64,000 nucleotides of DNA from the human T2T-CHM13v2.0 reference genome, Homo sapiens: the NCBI RefSeq assembly GCF_009914755.1, contig NC_060925.1. One strand, 5' to 3'. How positions within the stretch are numbered: the stretch's first letter is position 1; each line of letters starts with the position of its first letter. A program made the position numbers and the translations under genes. Below are positions 38,974 to 54,139 of the stretch, in pieces. Below the pieces are notes generated by a model, which saw only the letters and a program-made list of their open reading frames with translations, ran no database searches and had not been told where the DNA came from.

Positions 38974-40494
38974 AAGAATGTAATCGAGAAGGGGAAAGTC
39001 AAGCCCCAGTAACTCACTCACTTGCAGCAGAAGAGTAAGCACAGAACCACAGTGCGATGGAGTGAGGGTGCTCAACCTAGCCTGGGCCACAGGCCAACCT
39101 GGCCTCTTATTCCTAATCAGGTGCTGGCAAGGATGCAATTTTGAACTTGTGTTAACAAATACTCCATGTTTCCCATTCCACACCTGGGAAAATCATAGCA
39201 GAATCCAAACCTAACGATGAAACTGACTTCTGATAGAAAAACAGGCCCCTTTACAGGAATACCCACGGACAACCTCTTCATACCGAACCTCCATGCTTGA
39301 TGCCTTCTGATTACTGAGAGTTCGCCTCTGCAGTACCTACACCAAGTTGCTTCCACCTGAGGCCACACCCTCAACTCCTCCCTGCCTCCACCTGTGGCTT
39401 CCGGGATCTGACTACCAAAGTTGGGCTTCTCTTCTGAAAATAGATTGGAGGTTTGACTCGGCTATAGTCACTAGGTACAGTCCAAGAACAACTGACATAT
39501 CTCCTGAGGCTCTGATCTGAGCTGCTTTCACCTGAGGTCACAAAAGACTCACCTCTGCTTTCTGCTTTCAGGAGAATCACATTTGAAGTACAGAGAGAGA
39601 CACATGCGGGAAACAGACAGAGCTGACTGGTTTCCTGTAATCTGTCCAAATCTTCTTTGCTAGGTGTCACAACCCAGTCCACACTTCAAGTCTTAATAAA
39701 AGGAAGTAGGAACTTCAGAAACAGCAGTGCCCATGCCTGCATCTTTCTACCTGAACTCGTACAATCTCATAGATCCTTGCTTTACATACACAGAGCATGT
39801 TTAGTTCACCGCTTTTTATCTTACAACATATGAGAAGGGATATTAGAAGTAAAAACTTGAAGAATGAGTGGTAGATACTGAGAGAAGAAGAAACTCTTGG
39901 TTGCCAGACCCCCAATAGCCACCCACAGCAAGAGAAATGAAGACATAACAATGGATAAAGAAAACGGAAACAAACAAACAAACAAAAAAACCTCAAAGTT
40001 CTATCACTGTTTAGTATCATGATGGCTGTTTGTAATGGCTTCATGTCAAAAAAAATTAAGTTGGTTCAATACACTTTGTGTAAGAGAGTGTCAAGCTTTT
40101 AAAACAAATGTTTCAATGTTTTTCTGGGCAAAGAGGGATAAGGTAAAAAGAAGAAAATAATAATTACCAGGATATAAGCAAAAGGGATTAGAACTAGGAT
40201 ATTAAACAAGTTTCATTTCATTTTCCAATTCTGTTTCATGCTTAGGGACGTCTTGGAGCACTCTACTGCTAAGGAGTATGGGGCTATATCCAGTAGAAAG
40301 ATGGCTGGGGCTGATTAGTGATGTTTTCCATGGCTTTGGAAGTAGGGAAGTGGGTGAAGTATAGAATGGAGGACTAGGAGGTGAACTTGGGTCCTGTACT
40401 TTCCATCCCTAGATAAAGAAAGTGGTGCTGCAGATAAAGGTAATGGAGAGATGCTATTGGCATTTACAAAACATACACAGTTCACTCCTAAGAC

Positions 40495-40795
<301 letters not shown>

Positions 40796-43700
40796 TAAAA
40801 CTTTTAAAATATTACTGAATAAAGACATGTCCACTGCTTTCATAGCTTAAGATATATAGCTACTTAGAATTTTAGTTGAATTCACAAAAATTAGGCAGTA
40901 TAATATGGCAGGAGTCATTTAGCAAGCTTCTAATTAGAATATTTGATGATAGTATGGTGCATTGTAAACATTTCCATCTGTATTTTATTTCTGAGACTAA
41001 GAGTGATTTCTTTTAATGAACCTTCTATTATGTCATTCAAGTTGTTGTTTAGAGAAAGACGTGATAAGAGTCCTGGTTCCTGAGAACATTTGCTATGGGC
41101 CATTAATTAACTTTGTGACCCAGTATAAGTCATAACATTTCTTTGTTTCAATTTCAATAAACAATGAGTTCTCCATTAGCTAGAAAATCTACAAAATCAT
41201 TGTAAGTCTAGGGAAATTTATATTCTACAACAAATGTAAAATTCTCACAAAAGTAATGACATGAACATATTGATCATCTGTAATATTTTCTAACACTTTG
41301 ATTTACTATCCATATGTTCAGATGACAATCTTTTTAGGGAAAACAAAAACACAGACTGTTAGCATGTGAAAGAGATTCATGACCCTCCTTGGTCAGCAAA
41401 AACAATTGCAAATGAACATTTCTTAGTGATTTATTTGCATTAGCAAGGCTGTCAGGACATTTAAAATATTCCTGAATTGAGTTAATAAATAAAAGAAAGT
41501 CTGATTTTGACAAAAAGTCATAAAATGATACCATTCTAGGGCAATTATTTGAGGTTCTTTACTAGTCAATGTCTGTCTCCTGTCTCAGGGCAGGTATACT
41601 TCCAGCACATTCTTGTCATGAGGAAAGCCAAACAAGCTCTGCTGGGCTTTGTTGCTTCAAAGTCTTATTTTTTATTGTGCGTTCAAAACCAAAACAAAAA
41701 AGAAGAGGTACAATCAACTGATCTTCTCAGTGTATTTGCCACTAGGTTCATGATGCAATTTAGGCAAGTTAGTGAATCCTGCTATGAAAATATCAAAGCT
41801 TTCGGTCATTTGTCCATATACTGGCATAACACATTGAACATAGTAATCAGGAAAACTCATTTTAATGAAGAAATGAACAAAATTACAAATAAGTGATTAA
41901 ACCATTAAGAGTAAAAGCACCATTAGATTTCATTTATAATGCATCCTTCACAGCCTATCATTCACCTGTGAAGTTCTAAACCATATTGCTGTGTATGCAA
42001 AAATGTCCTAGCTTACAGTAAAAACTCAGTTATGCTTCTTTCCACATGATAAGCTGAAATCGTAGTATCAAAGTTTCCAAAAAAATTCACCATTAAATTA
42101 ATTATTGGGGCAAAAACATCAAGGAAACCAGATAATAACAATAGCAACCACAATAAAAACCCGCAAGCAAAACAAAAAGACAATATCATTACATTTAGTG
42201 GTTGTGATCATGGCGAGTAATGGGTCACAGTGCTATTGAGTTTTCACCAAATTTTTGTTTATTATTATTAATGTTTAATTAGAGGGACTTACAATATCTG
42301 AGTAGTCTACATTTAAATAATGTTGGAGATCACCAATGTTAGCCCATTGAAATCATAATAAATATTGCACAATTGCTTTTTTAGTTTTCCAACTGAGCTT
42401 TATTTCTATCTTTTTATTTTACAAATGTAATAAAGAGCACTCAAAAATACACACATGTACATACTGCAGGTGAAGATAATTTAGTCCACACACACACGTT
42501 GTAGAAGATATTTTAGTTTCAGTAGAGGCACTGCTTATTCTGCAAATCCTTCATTGACTTTTGAGACTGAGTTAGACCCTTTGTGTTCCCATTGTACATC
42601 ACAATGATACATTCAGAATCATACAATGATACACCTACCACAGTGTCAAAGACTTCCTAAGTGCCCATCTATCCAATTTTGACCATGAATCTTCTCACAT
42701 GTATACTACCAATGCCTGATAAAGTTCATAGCATATTAGATCTGTTCAGTAAATACTTACGTGAATGAATGACATTATGGTGGGGGAAAAGTAGTACAGG
42801 GTTGGACCATAAATTTCCGTGTGGATCACTGAAATATATACTATTAACAATTGTGAAAAAGAAAGACCGTCGGTCATTGTACATTGTTCAATAACACCTT
42901 ATGTAAGATTTGCATAGTGCTTTCCTCTAAAGTTTAATATCATTTCAAGATAAACATTAGAAATAAATGCTTTAATTTTGTCCTTAACTTTTAAATATAT
43001 TATACTTTAAGAATCGGATCAGCCTTTAAATTCATTATTTTAAAGCATGACAAACTTGAACTGTTACTAAAAGGAGACAAAGCTTAACTAAAACTTTAAA
43101 GGTAAGTTATGAGAATTTTTAAATGTGAGCAGTTTGTTGACTAAGAAAATCTCAAGGCAAAAATGGAGAATGTTTAATATTCTATATGGGATAATAAATA
43201 TGAATTCAATAACCTAATGAAATTTCCTAAAAATTAACATCTATATAATTTAACTGTATAATCTGATAATTTATGGGATTTTTAAAGAATCATTCATAAA
43301 GTGATTCCACTGAGTTAATATCTATATAAGTACATTTCCATTCATTGATGTAGGACATAAAAAAGAGTCTGACCAGGTTCCGAAGGAGGAGAGGTTATTT
43401 TAATTAAAATGACTATAGTTTAGATCTTTAAAGGAAATATAATTTTGAATAGTTTGGAATTATTCCATACCATTTAAAAATATCTGGAAAATATGTGAGA
43501 CATGTATAACTTTTCTTACATGCTTAAATATCTGTCTTCTTGTGAGAGTATTGAACTTTCTACCTTAAAATAACTTCAATGTGGAGAAAGTTCTAGTTTC
43601 AAACTGCTTTCTTCAAATATACAGAAAGAATAGTAATGATGGGTTAGAACAGTTTTGACTTTTGGAATAAAATTTTAGAGTTGGGTGATCTGGGATGAGG

Positions 43701-44466
43701 TCACTTTCCTGTCACTTTTTTTTGACATTCAGAGCTTAAATAAATACTGTATGATTTTTGTGACTGATGATTCCCCCAAGGACTTACTCACCATCCACTA
43801 TGAGACCATTGCAGGGACTGCATTTGGAAAACAGGATGACAGTCAGGCAAGGGACAGAAATTTCAGTTCGTAAAGCACCTGGATAATTTTTGCTCTTATC
43901 ATTTCTTTCTTTTTATTTGTTTGTTTTATTTCCCTTTGACACATTAAATGTCCCGTACTTTAAGTTGCTTATCACTTTCATGAACTGGTTCATGTACTAT
44001 TTACTGTAGCTACTCTATTTTTTATTTTCTCTTTACCTTGTCTAGTCCCTGAGAGGAAATAATCTTTCATACACATCTTGTGGTGTTCTTTCCCGAAATT
44101 ATTCTTCAGGGTTATTGTAATAAAATTATCCTTTTGTGTATTCAGTGTTTTGGATATGATCTATTCTTTACATGTCCCTAAGATACATTGCTTTATGCTA
44201 TTAACCTTAGAATATGATTTCCATTGCTCTGTCCAATACTTATGGAGAAAGTACTGAATTTAAAAGAAAGAAGAATTTAAAATATTGGCTACATCCTCTT
44301 TTATCAGAAAGTAGTGTTTTTGGAGATGCATAATTTGTCACATCTTAACTTATCTATATTCATATGAGAAAATGGCCTAATGAAAATCTACACTGACATG
44401 AAAAAGAGTTTCTGTAAGCGATAAATCTTTGCTAAGATTGTTACATTTTTCTAAAAAAAAAATTTA

Positions 44467-44781
<315 letters not shown>

Positions 44782-45639
44782 TTAAATAAATATTTAAAAT
44801 TAATGAGAATTAGAAAGAAAAACATTTAACATGCCTGTGTGAATGCACATGTAAATGTGTATACTCACACAAATACTGAACCATCAAACACTAATTGATG
44901 TAGGTTAAATTTATTGATACAAATAGGACTCGAATCATCAAAGAACCAAAAAACACTTTATTTTCTATAATCTTTGCTGTCATTGACATTAAAAATCTGT
45001 TTATTTGATGTTTTTGTTGCCTAATAAATTATCTTTATTCATGAAGCTCTCTTTGCACTTAAAAATATTGTTTTATCAAAGTGTTTCCACTCATTATCAT
45101 AAATCTAATGCCTAATAATATTGAAAAAATTCTATACAAAAATGATAGACTATGATGAGTCAAGTAATCTTTCCCCTTAAAAATACAATATTAGATAAAA
45201 TGCTGAAATTTCAAAAAATTATTTGGTTGACTCCCAAAAAGGATAAAAAAAATCATCGAGGGTACATCAGGAAACAGGGTACCCAAATCTTGGTGATCAG
45301 GAGGTGAAGCCAAGGTCCTGTGCTGTTATTAACACTGGATTGAAGCTTTAAGAGTTGCAATTTAAATGTCCAAACATGTGCCATGAGGCCTTAGAGTCAG
45401 ATCCATCATCAAAGTGGCATGGCAATGTGTTTTCTAGACAAATCTTAAAGCCAGGGATTGCAAAACTGTAAATAGGGAAAAAACAAGCAATCAGTCAACA
45501 AAAAAATATCCTGCACAATGACTATGGAAAGGAAACTGAGTCTCAGGTTGATGGGAGGGGGGGCTGTATTATGATTGAATACGAACTTTAAATCACCAGT
45601 ATCTTCAGAATATTAACGTTAAAAATGAAAGAACAAAAA

Positions 45640-45890
45640 CCAAAGACTTTTCTAGATTGAAAAAGACATAGCAATTAAAAACAATGCAAGAACCTCGATT
45701 GGATCCTAACTTGGGAGGAAATGCACAAAAAATAATTGTAGCAATGTGAAAAATTAAATATGGACTAATTATTTTATGATGTTATGAAATTATTTTTAGT
45801 TCTCTAAGGCATAATAATGACATTGTGGCTGTAGAATAATTCCCTTATACTTAGGAGATGTGAGCGGAATCATTTGCAGGTGATATTGCT
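45640..45890 (+). mobile_element. L1MC-like 3' end fragment
   Basis: CCTCGATTGGATCCT...AATATGGACT...CCCTTATACTTAGGAGATG. Confidence 0.6.
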
Positions 45891-46144
45891 AAGACAAAGA
45901 CAATACGACTTTGAAAACACAATTAAACTCACCATAACAAAGGAAAAGAGGGGAAGATATGTTCATCTCAATATTTGCATTTGAAAAGTTTATACTCAGG
46001 TTTGAAATAATACATTCTTAGCACAAATTAGACATAGAATTAGAAAAACAATACCTACCCAGTCAGTAACTTTTACCATTTGTGGTGAAGTACTATGAGT
46101 ACAATAAAGTTAAGCATAAGGCAAAGGCAAAGCCAAGTCATTAA

Positions 46145-46502
<358 letters not shown>

Positions 46503-47489
46503 TAGTTTTTCGTTTTGTTTTTGTTTGTTTTAATTTACCATTTCCACACATTCCATAGTCAGGAAAAAAAAATTCCACCTTTTGTCCTAATTGTAACTGA
46601 AATGAATGTTAGTACATCTGAAAGGGAAGGGGCACTGAAAACCACACACACTCTGCAACTTTGGATAACTTCTCTAAGTTTTAAGAATTTCAGAGATCAA
46701 AGAATATGTAAATAATAGAATTTAAACTCCATGAATTGAGAATCTAACTTACCCTAGAATAGATGCTCTATGAAAACACCCAATTTACATATTACTATCA
46801 CAACCAAATCCTTCATCATCAAGAGTGTGTGGTATACAAGCACTCAATACATATTTGTTAAGTGAATTAATAATGTTAGTCACCAAATAAGGCATTTAAG
46901 GAGTCAAATAAAGGAGGCAATGCATGAAAAGCATTCAACACAATGCCTGGTGTACATAAGCATTCAAAAATCTTAGTTATCATCATCATCACATTCATCG
47001 TTAATTTTATAATTATTATCGTAAATCTGTCATTTAATGAATAATTTCACATACAAGGAGTTGCAATTACTAGCACAAACATTGACAAGACTTTGCAACA
47101 CAAAACTACCAGTGAACTCAAGAAATGTTTACTTTTGAGGCAAAACCTGTGAGCACATTTTGCTGGAGTGGCTTGTCCTCAGTATACTTACATCACTGGG
47201 GAAAGCTAAAGAGACAGATCTGGGAGTCTTTGTTGAGCTCTGAAAGTAAGTAATATTATTAATAGGAATGTATTTTATATGTGTGTACTAATCCAACTGC
47301 TTATTTAAGTTTGCAACATGCTGATAGTTTTTTTCAGACTCATGGTACATGTATAAATTTGAGGCTTCTGGAAACATTTTTCAGATATAAATATTTTAAT
47401 TTAGTGATTTTCTTACAAGTGAACAATCATCCAAAGATCTGGATAAACCTCAGGCTCTGATGACCATTGACTCAAGTCTACAGGTAAAA

Positions 47490-47780
47490 TATTTATTTAT
47501 TTATTTTGAGACAGAGCCTCACTCTGTTGCCCCAGCTAGAGTGCGATGGCATGATCGTGGCTCACTGCAACCTCCGCCTCCCTGGTTCAAGGGATTCTCC
47601 TTCCTCAGCCTCCTGAGTAGCTGGGACTACAGGAGTCCACCACCACACCCAGCTAATTTTTATATTTTTAGTAGAAATGGGGTTTCACCAAGTTGCCGAG
47701 CCTGGTCTCAAACTCATGTGATCCACCTACCTCAGCCTCTCAGAGTGCTGGGATGAAAGGGGTGAGCCACTGCATCTGGC
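47490..47780 (-). mobile_element. AluS with (ATTT)n tail
   Basis: Antisense two-arm Alu. Confidence 0.92.
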
Positions 47781-50736
47781 AGGATTTATTTTTTAATGTT
47801 TTTTTTTTTTGTCGTTGTTGTTGTTTTGTCTCAGTGTTGTCACTCTTCAGGAAGAACACTGCTATGCTTTCTAACTTTTCTTCTGAATTGAATTGACTTG
47901 CTGCACTTGTGAGGTTGTAAGATGCAGCATCCAAGAAAAATGCAGATGTTTCCTTCTAAGCTGAATTCCAAGAATAATAGTTTAGCAAACTTCAGTACTT
48001 GATGAGATATTTATACTGGCATTTGTTGTACTGTATTTATTACAGATATAAATAATATGACCTTTAGATGGTATAATTTTTTTCTTTAATTGAAAATAAT
48101 TCACGTTCAATGTGGATGACATGTTTTAACAACATATGTGAGTGTCTGTGAAAAACAACCATAAACAGTTGAAATCTTTTATAATCCATATAGGTTGCCT
48201 AATATGGGCAACTCAAGGGGACACACATAATTTTGGTTGAAGCATAGATTTATTATGAATGATTAATGGAAATCTTATTTTCAATTTGTGGAATAGAAAG
48301 TAAAATAAGAGACATCTTGCCTATACTGTAATTAGATTAATTTTTAAGTATATGAATGGAAATAAAAAGGATGATGATGATATTAATGATAAAACAATCT
48401 CTAGCTTGTATAAAGTGCTTGTTAATTATTACGCTTTTAAAAAACTGTTACATAAATTATCTTATTTAATTCTTATAGCAATCCTACAATATACAAATGC
48501 CATCCACTTTTTGCAGATAAGGAAAAAGAAACACAGGATTTAAATGTTGAGCCTCGCTGTAATACAAGGATATTCTTCCTTAATACCCTTAAGTATATCT
48601 AATCCTAATATTTTTTAGAACTTTCTATAAGCAAAGTCTTATTTTAGGTGCCTCAAGCAATAGACATGTTAATGAGGCAAGTTTCTACTCTCCATAGGTT
48701 CAAAACACAAATAAATAAGTATCAGGTATCACAGCCCTATCCACAGATAATCTGACACTCAGAAGTTCCCATGCCCAGGAGTCTGCTATAGAGTCCTCAG
48801 CTTGGTAACCTCCACCATCAGCATCAGTGGGTTCAGGCTCTCTGGGTCTCCAGCTAATCCTGCAGAGGCAGTGAGTACATTAAAACATCACACCTAATTC
48901 CACTCTCCCCTTACCCCTTTGTTCTAATGTAGTTTGAGCTAGCCTCTCACATCTGAACTCTGTTAACACTGCTAGGTTCTTGCTACGCATCAGAGCCAGG
49001 TCTGCCTCCAGGGATTATCTGTAAGTATTCACACTGGTCAAAGCTCACTTTTCTCTGATATCATGCTTGCCAAACACAGAAAAAAAATATGGACTGTACT
49101 TTGATTTCCACCCAAATATTCTGCCTGATTCTTCTATCCTCTCTTAGGATAGGAGTTGTGTCCTGATTATTTGTCTGGTGTTACCTTCTTGAGGGTTGTC
49201 TCATAATGGGACCACTCAGTGTTACAGGCTGCCTGCCCTACTTCACTTCCGTTTAGAAATGCCGGTACCAACCCTCTCCTGAATCTCACCTGAGCATTCC
49301 ACATACTCTGAATTCTGTGTCTACCTATTCAACTATCCCTTCAGTCTGGAGTCAAATTCACCCCATTCCTTCTCATCTCTCTAGTCATAAAAGGCAATTG
49401 TGCTATTCCTGGCTCTTGACTCCCTCCATTTTGCCCAGAGTTTATATAATTATATCACCATGTCTCATTCAAATGTCTAAATATAATCAGTCCTCCAATA
49501 ACTATAATACAAAACCAAACGTAACAATTGGCAAAAAAAAAATGTGTAAATTAGAAAGAGTCTGAAAATTAGAAAGAATAATTTTGTAAATTGTATAAAT
49601 TAGAATGAATCTTTGAAAATTGGAAAGCTTATTTTTCATTGAAAAAAAATGATGGAAGGTACTATTGAACCGTGAAATGTGTGCTGCAAATTTTAAGTGA
49701 TTGTGGCAAGCAGAGATGGTAGAGAAAGGTGTGCAAGTAGGAAATAGCCTTAGCCAACTGCATGGAGCACAATGGTCATAATCATGTAACACAAATAAAT
49801 AACTCGGTCTGTGTTGTCTGTATGGTATATGAGATTGTGGAATATAAGACAAATCTGAAAAAGCAGGATAAAACCATATTGGCCAGAATCTTGAATTTCA
49901 AAAGATGAGTTTGTACAAAATACTTTAGATAAAACAAATTAATGAGAAGATCCTTTCTCTCTCTCTCACTCTCTGTCTCTCTCTTTGTGGACATAGGAAG
50001 AATTATGATAGAAAAATATTAGAAGCTGGAAATATATATTTGGGAGGAGATTGCAACAACACAAACAAGATGAAATAGTCTGAATTAAGATGCTTATAGT
50101 AGACGAAAAAGTGCTTGGTAGAAAATAAAGCGGAAAACTACAATTGGTATTTGAAAGAGAATTTTCTTGTTGGGAGATACTGAAGGATGGTTAATCTCAA
50201 ACTTACCATATCTCTGGGGTCCCTGATTACCACTCTTACAACTATATTGGCCAATAAATGCCACAGCTCTCCCTCAGTCCTCTGATGACTTGAGAGGGGA
50301 CACCTAAGCTCTCTTCCCCACCTGCTCCATAGCACAGCAGAGACAAGATTGGAACAATCAGGAAATTATTTATGGAAGACTAGTATGCAAGTTGATGTAG
50401 AATGTAAAATCCAAATACACTGACATATGAAATATGACATCATTTTTATCTTGTGATTCACTACATAGAAGCTAGCTTACGGGCTACTGAAGTTTAATAG
50501 ACTTTTAGTATCCACCAGAGTCACACATCTCAACATAATTCAAGTCAAAGGAAGGGCCAAGCCTCTTAGCAATCTAATTATTTTTCTTTTAGTTCTAGCT
50601 TCCTGATTGAGGATCTGTTTCGTTTCCTGGCCAACTTATACAAGGAATGAACTCATTCTGCTTACTCATTTGGTCATCATTTTATCTTTGACCTCTTTAA
50701 AATAACTGTATCAAAGTATATTGATCAACCCAACAT

Positions 50737-50926
50737 CACTGGTGTACTAGTAAATGTTTAGTAGTAGATTCCCTAGGAAGAAACACACACACACATACAC
50801 ACACACACACACACAAATAAAACAAACTGTTTTGTATTGTTTGCCAATTTATGTGGTGTAAATATTCCCACTATGGTCAGTTTCAAGCTACTTATATGAG
50901 GTGACTGAATTAGGATTTGGGAAGCA
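50737..50926 (-). mobile_element. MER63-like hAT element containing a (CA)n microsatellite (about 50783-50814)
   Basis: Reverse-complement similarity to the element at 53243 (GTGGTGTAAATATTCCCACTATGG, TTTCAAGCTAC). Confidence 0.65.
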
Positions 50927-52184
50927 CTGCTACTGATGTATAATAACAATGAGTAGTATTTGTTACATCCTTACCAAATGCAAGAAAAAAATAATAAGCA
51001 ATTAACATACATTTTCACCTTTAATCATCCAATAGCTCTCAAAATAGGCATTATTTTATGATCATTATTTATAGGGAAGAAGAAATTAAAGATTACAGAG
51101 ATTAAATCTCTAAAACTCACAAAATTAGTCAATAGAAGTGCTGACATTGAGTCTCATTATGTCACATGTCTTCCGATGTGCATGTCCATCTCCTAAGGAG
51201 GAAATTCTAGTGTTGGCATCAGTTTTCACGCAAGAATCTGCTTTCAATGCTTATGTTCTTGAGGTCTTTTCTATACTTTTCCTACATAAGAGAAAGTTAT
51301 AATATAGAGATTACTAACATTAAAAGTAATAAGCAATAAATGAACAGGTATAACTTTGTAAATATTGCAGATATAAAATCTGTATGAGGAGGCAGTTGAT
51401 CAGATATAATAATAAGAGGGACAAAATCTCTCTATTTTTTATTTCTGGGTGACTGGAAGAATGGAGCAATCATTATAACTTTTAGAATCTGAAAAGAATC
51501 TTAGTTTACAGAAAATATATTTAAGGAATGTTGATTTAGGAAGAGGAAGAACCAAAACATTTACAAGGGAAATATATTTTGCAGTAACCATTCTAGCAAG
51601 AGAGATGAGATGTCTGCAGCAATCAGTTTGGACAATGTGGGAACAAGGAAATTAATTTTCATTGTTATTTCATCAAGTTATCCAATTTGGAAAACCTAAA
51701 GTTGAGAACTCTGCTCAGATTATTTCCTCAGAGTATGATGGGAAGGTTAGCATATCTTTTACCAAAAAAGTGCTAAGTCCATCTCCAGTAGCTTCTGTGA
51801 AGTTAAGGCCAACTCTACCCCTCTCCAAGAGAGAAACCATCAGTTGGAGCAGCATTCTAGTTCTCAAACCAATTCATTTTCTGCATATTTCTATAAGGTT
51901 CCTTTTTCTTTCTCACCATAATATTGGCAAAGGGCATCTTACAGAGAAGAAAGGCCTTGTTTTGTTTTGTTTCATTTTTTAAACACCTGTACAATCAATC
52001 CAAAATGTTGTGGCCTTCCAGCAACCTCACAGCAAGACCCCACCATCACAGAGATAATAATTCTGAATACAAGGAATGTGATATTTCCTGCTCTGTAAGT
52101 TTATGTAAAATCTTGTCATGTGTCTTTAATATCCAAGAATCTGACAACTTTAAATTTATATTTGCTTCCCTCTATGAGGTTGAA

Positions 52185-52603
52185 GGCTGACACCTCACCC
52201 CAGTGTATCCAGGAGGTAGGACGTGGAGTTGGAGTCAAAGATTATTCTCTAACCTTACTATTGATTGTCCTGTGCGGTTTGGGGATTACTTGGAACCTGT
52301 TATGCCTTTATTCTTGCCTATTTATACCTCTTGGAATGGTAACGCCTACGCTATTCCTTTCCCACCATTGCAGTTTAGGAAGCTCATAGCATGTTTGATT
52401 TCACAGGCCCACAGTAGGAAGGGCATTTGTCTTAGGGTGAACTGTACTTTGAATCTCACTCGTATCTGATTTAGATGAGACTCTAGACTTTTGACTTTTA
52501 AGTGGGTCCTGAAATGAGTTAAGACTCTGGGGGCTACGGGAATGGAATGAATGTATTTTGTATCTAGGAAGGCATGAATTTGGGGGTGCTACTAAGGGCA
52601 GAA
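52185..52603 (+). mobile_element. MaLR internal region, 3' end
   Basis: GGAGTCAAAGATTATT, GATGAGACT, GAGTTAAGACTCTGGGGG, then a PPT-like stretch abutting the LTR. Confidence 0.75.
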
Positions 52604-53095
52604 TGCTGTGGTTTGAAAGTGTCCTCTCCAAAATTCATGTTGAAACTACCTTATTGGGGTAGTATTAAGAGATGGACCTTTTGAGGAAGTTATTAAGTCA
52701 TAAGGGCTCCTTCCTGATGAATGGATTAGTGCCCTGTAAAAGGGCTGGAAGAAAGGAGGTTAGGCCCATTTTAATCTTCCACTCTTCTGCCATGTGAGAA
52801 CACAGAGCTTACCTCCTTTTTATTCTTCAGTTCCTTCTGCCATTTAAGATTACAGCATTCATCCTCTTTTGCCCTTCAGTTTCCTCTATCATGTGAGGAC
52901 ACCACACTTGTCCCCTCTGGGGGATGCATTAAAGGTACAACTTGGAAGCAGAGCCCAGGCTGTCACCAGGCATCAAATGCCAGTACCTTGATCTTGGACT
53001 TCCCAGCCTTCAGAACCACAATAAAATAAATTCAGGTTCTTTACAAATTACCTAGTGTCAGGTATTTCATTACAGCAGCACAAACAAAGAGAAGC
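52604..53095 (+). mobile_element. MSTD/MSTC-like 3' LTR
   Basis: TGCTGTGGTTTG..AAAATTCATGTTGAAAC; CCTTGATCTTGGACTTCCCAGCC. Confidence 0.8.
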
Positions 53096-53242
53096 AAGAG
53101 GTAAAAAAAAGAATCCCAGAGACTACGATTTACACTTATCTCAATGCTGTTCAGGATGGCCATAAAAGAGAGAACATTTTTACAAATGGTCTTTCCTGTA
53201 GATGGGGACTAGAACCTGGATGACTTGAGAAGAGAGGTAATA

Positions 53243-53446
53243 CAGTGATGTGTCAAAGCCAAGCTTGTGTAGGTTGCAAGAGGTGACTGTGTACATCTCA
53301 TCTAAACTGCACTTCAAGTGATCTATGTTGGGAGTTTGAAATGGACCATAGTGAGAATTTTTATACAATGGAAATAGTCACTGCTACAAATCAGAGATTT
53401 TTTTGCCCTGAGAGTCTATTATTAAGCCATTAAAGATACGCCATTG
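53243..53446 (+). mobile_element. MER63A-like hAT MITE
   Basis: CAGTGATGTG...CGCCATTG degenerate inverted termini, about 200 bp, internal GCTACAAATCAG. Confidence 0.7.
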
Positions 53447-53684
53447 CATATGTTCTCACAAGTTAAAGTCAGATATGTAGGCATAAAACAAAATAATCTG
53501 GAGTCTAAAAGAAAGGATGGTTAGGAGCTGGAATGAAAATGGAAAAGCAGCAGCTTGGCAGGGTGGAGGAAGTTCAAATACAGGAAGTGCAGGATAGAGA
53601 ATGTAGTAGGAATGAATGAGACCTTAATGTGGTGCTGGCAATTGAGAAAAAGAAGGAGAGGGATAATCTGAAGATAGGCTCTGG

Positions 53685-54130
53685 TGTTTTTTGGTTTGGG
53701 GCCTCCAAGAAGCAGATACCAAGATAGGACTAGATGTTCAAGAGATTTATTAGGGGAAATGTCTGGGATAGATAAAAGGGAAAAAGTAGAAGTAGACAGG
53801 AACAGCTTTCAGTCTGTGATGCAGATCTGTGAAAGGAGAGGAGCAAGTGAAACAGATGAGGTAGAAAGCATCTGACACTACAGTGTAGTTCTGAAAAAGC
53901 TTCAACCAGACTAAGGGGTGCCCTGCACTCAAAGTCCTCCACAAGAAGAATCCCACATACTATGGGAATAGGCCAACACTTGGTTCCTCTGCTGTGCTCT
54001 ACCATCAGCTGTGAAAAGCGTGGGAGAAGCATGGCCTTGGCATGAGTGCAGTGGTGAATCCACCATGGCAGCTGCTGGGACCATCTGTCAATTGTGTTCC
54101 TAGGGAAGCTGAGCAGTGCATTTACATGTA
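53685..54130 (-). mobile_element. LTR33-like ERVL LTR
   Basis: AGAAGCAGATACCAAGATAGGA...AAGAGATTTATTAGGGGAAA pattern. Confidence 0.6.
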
Positions 54131-54139
54131 AGTGGTGCT

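Noticed and set aside
39117-39682. Two adjacent minus-strand ORFs (85 and 103 aa)
   Set aside because: No recognisable homology; lengths within chance expectation
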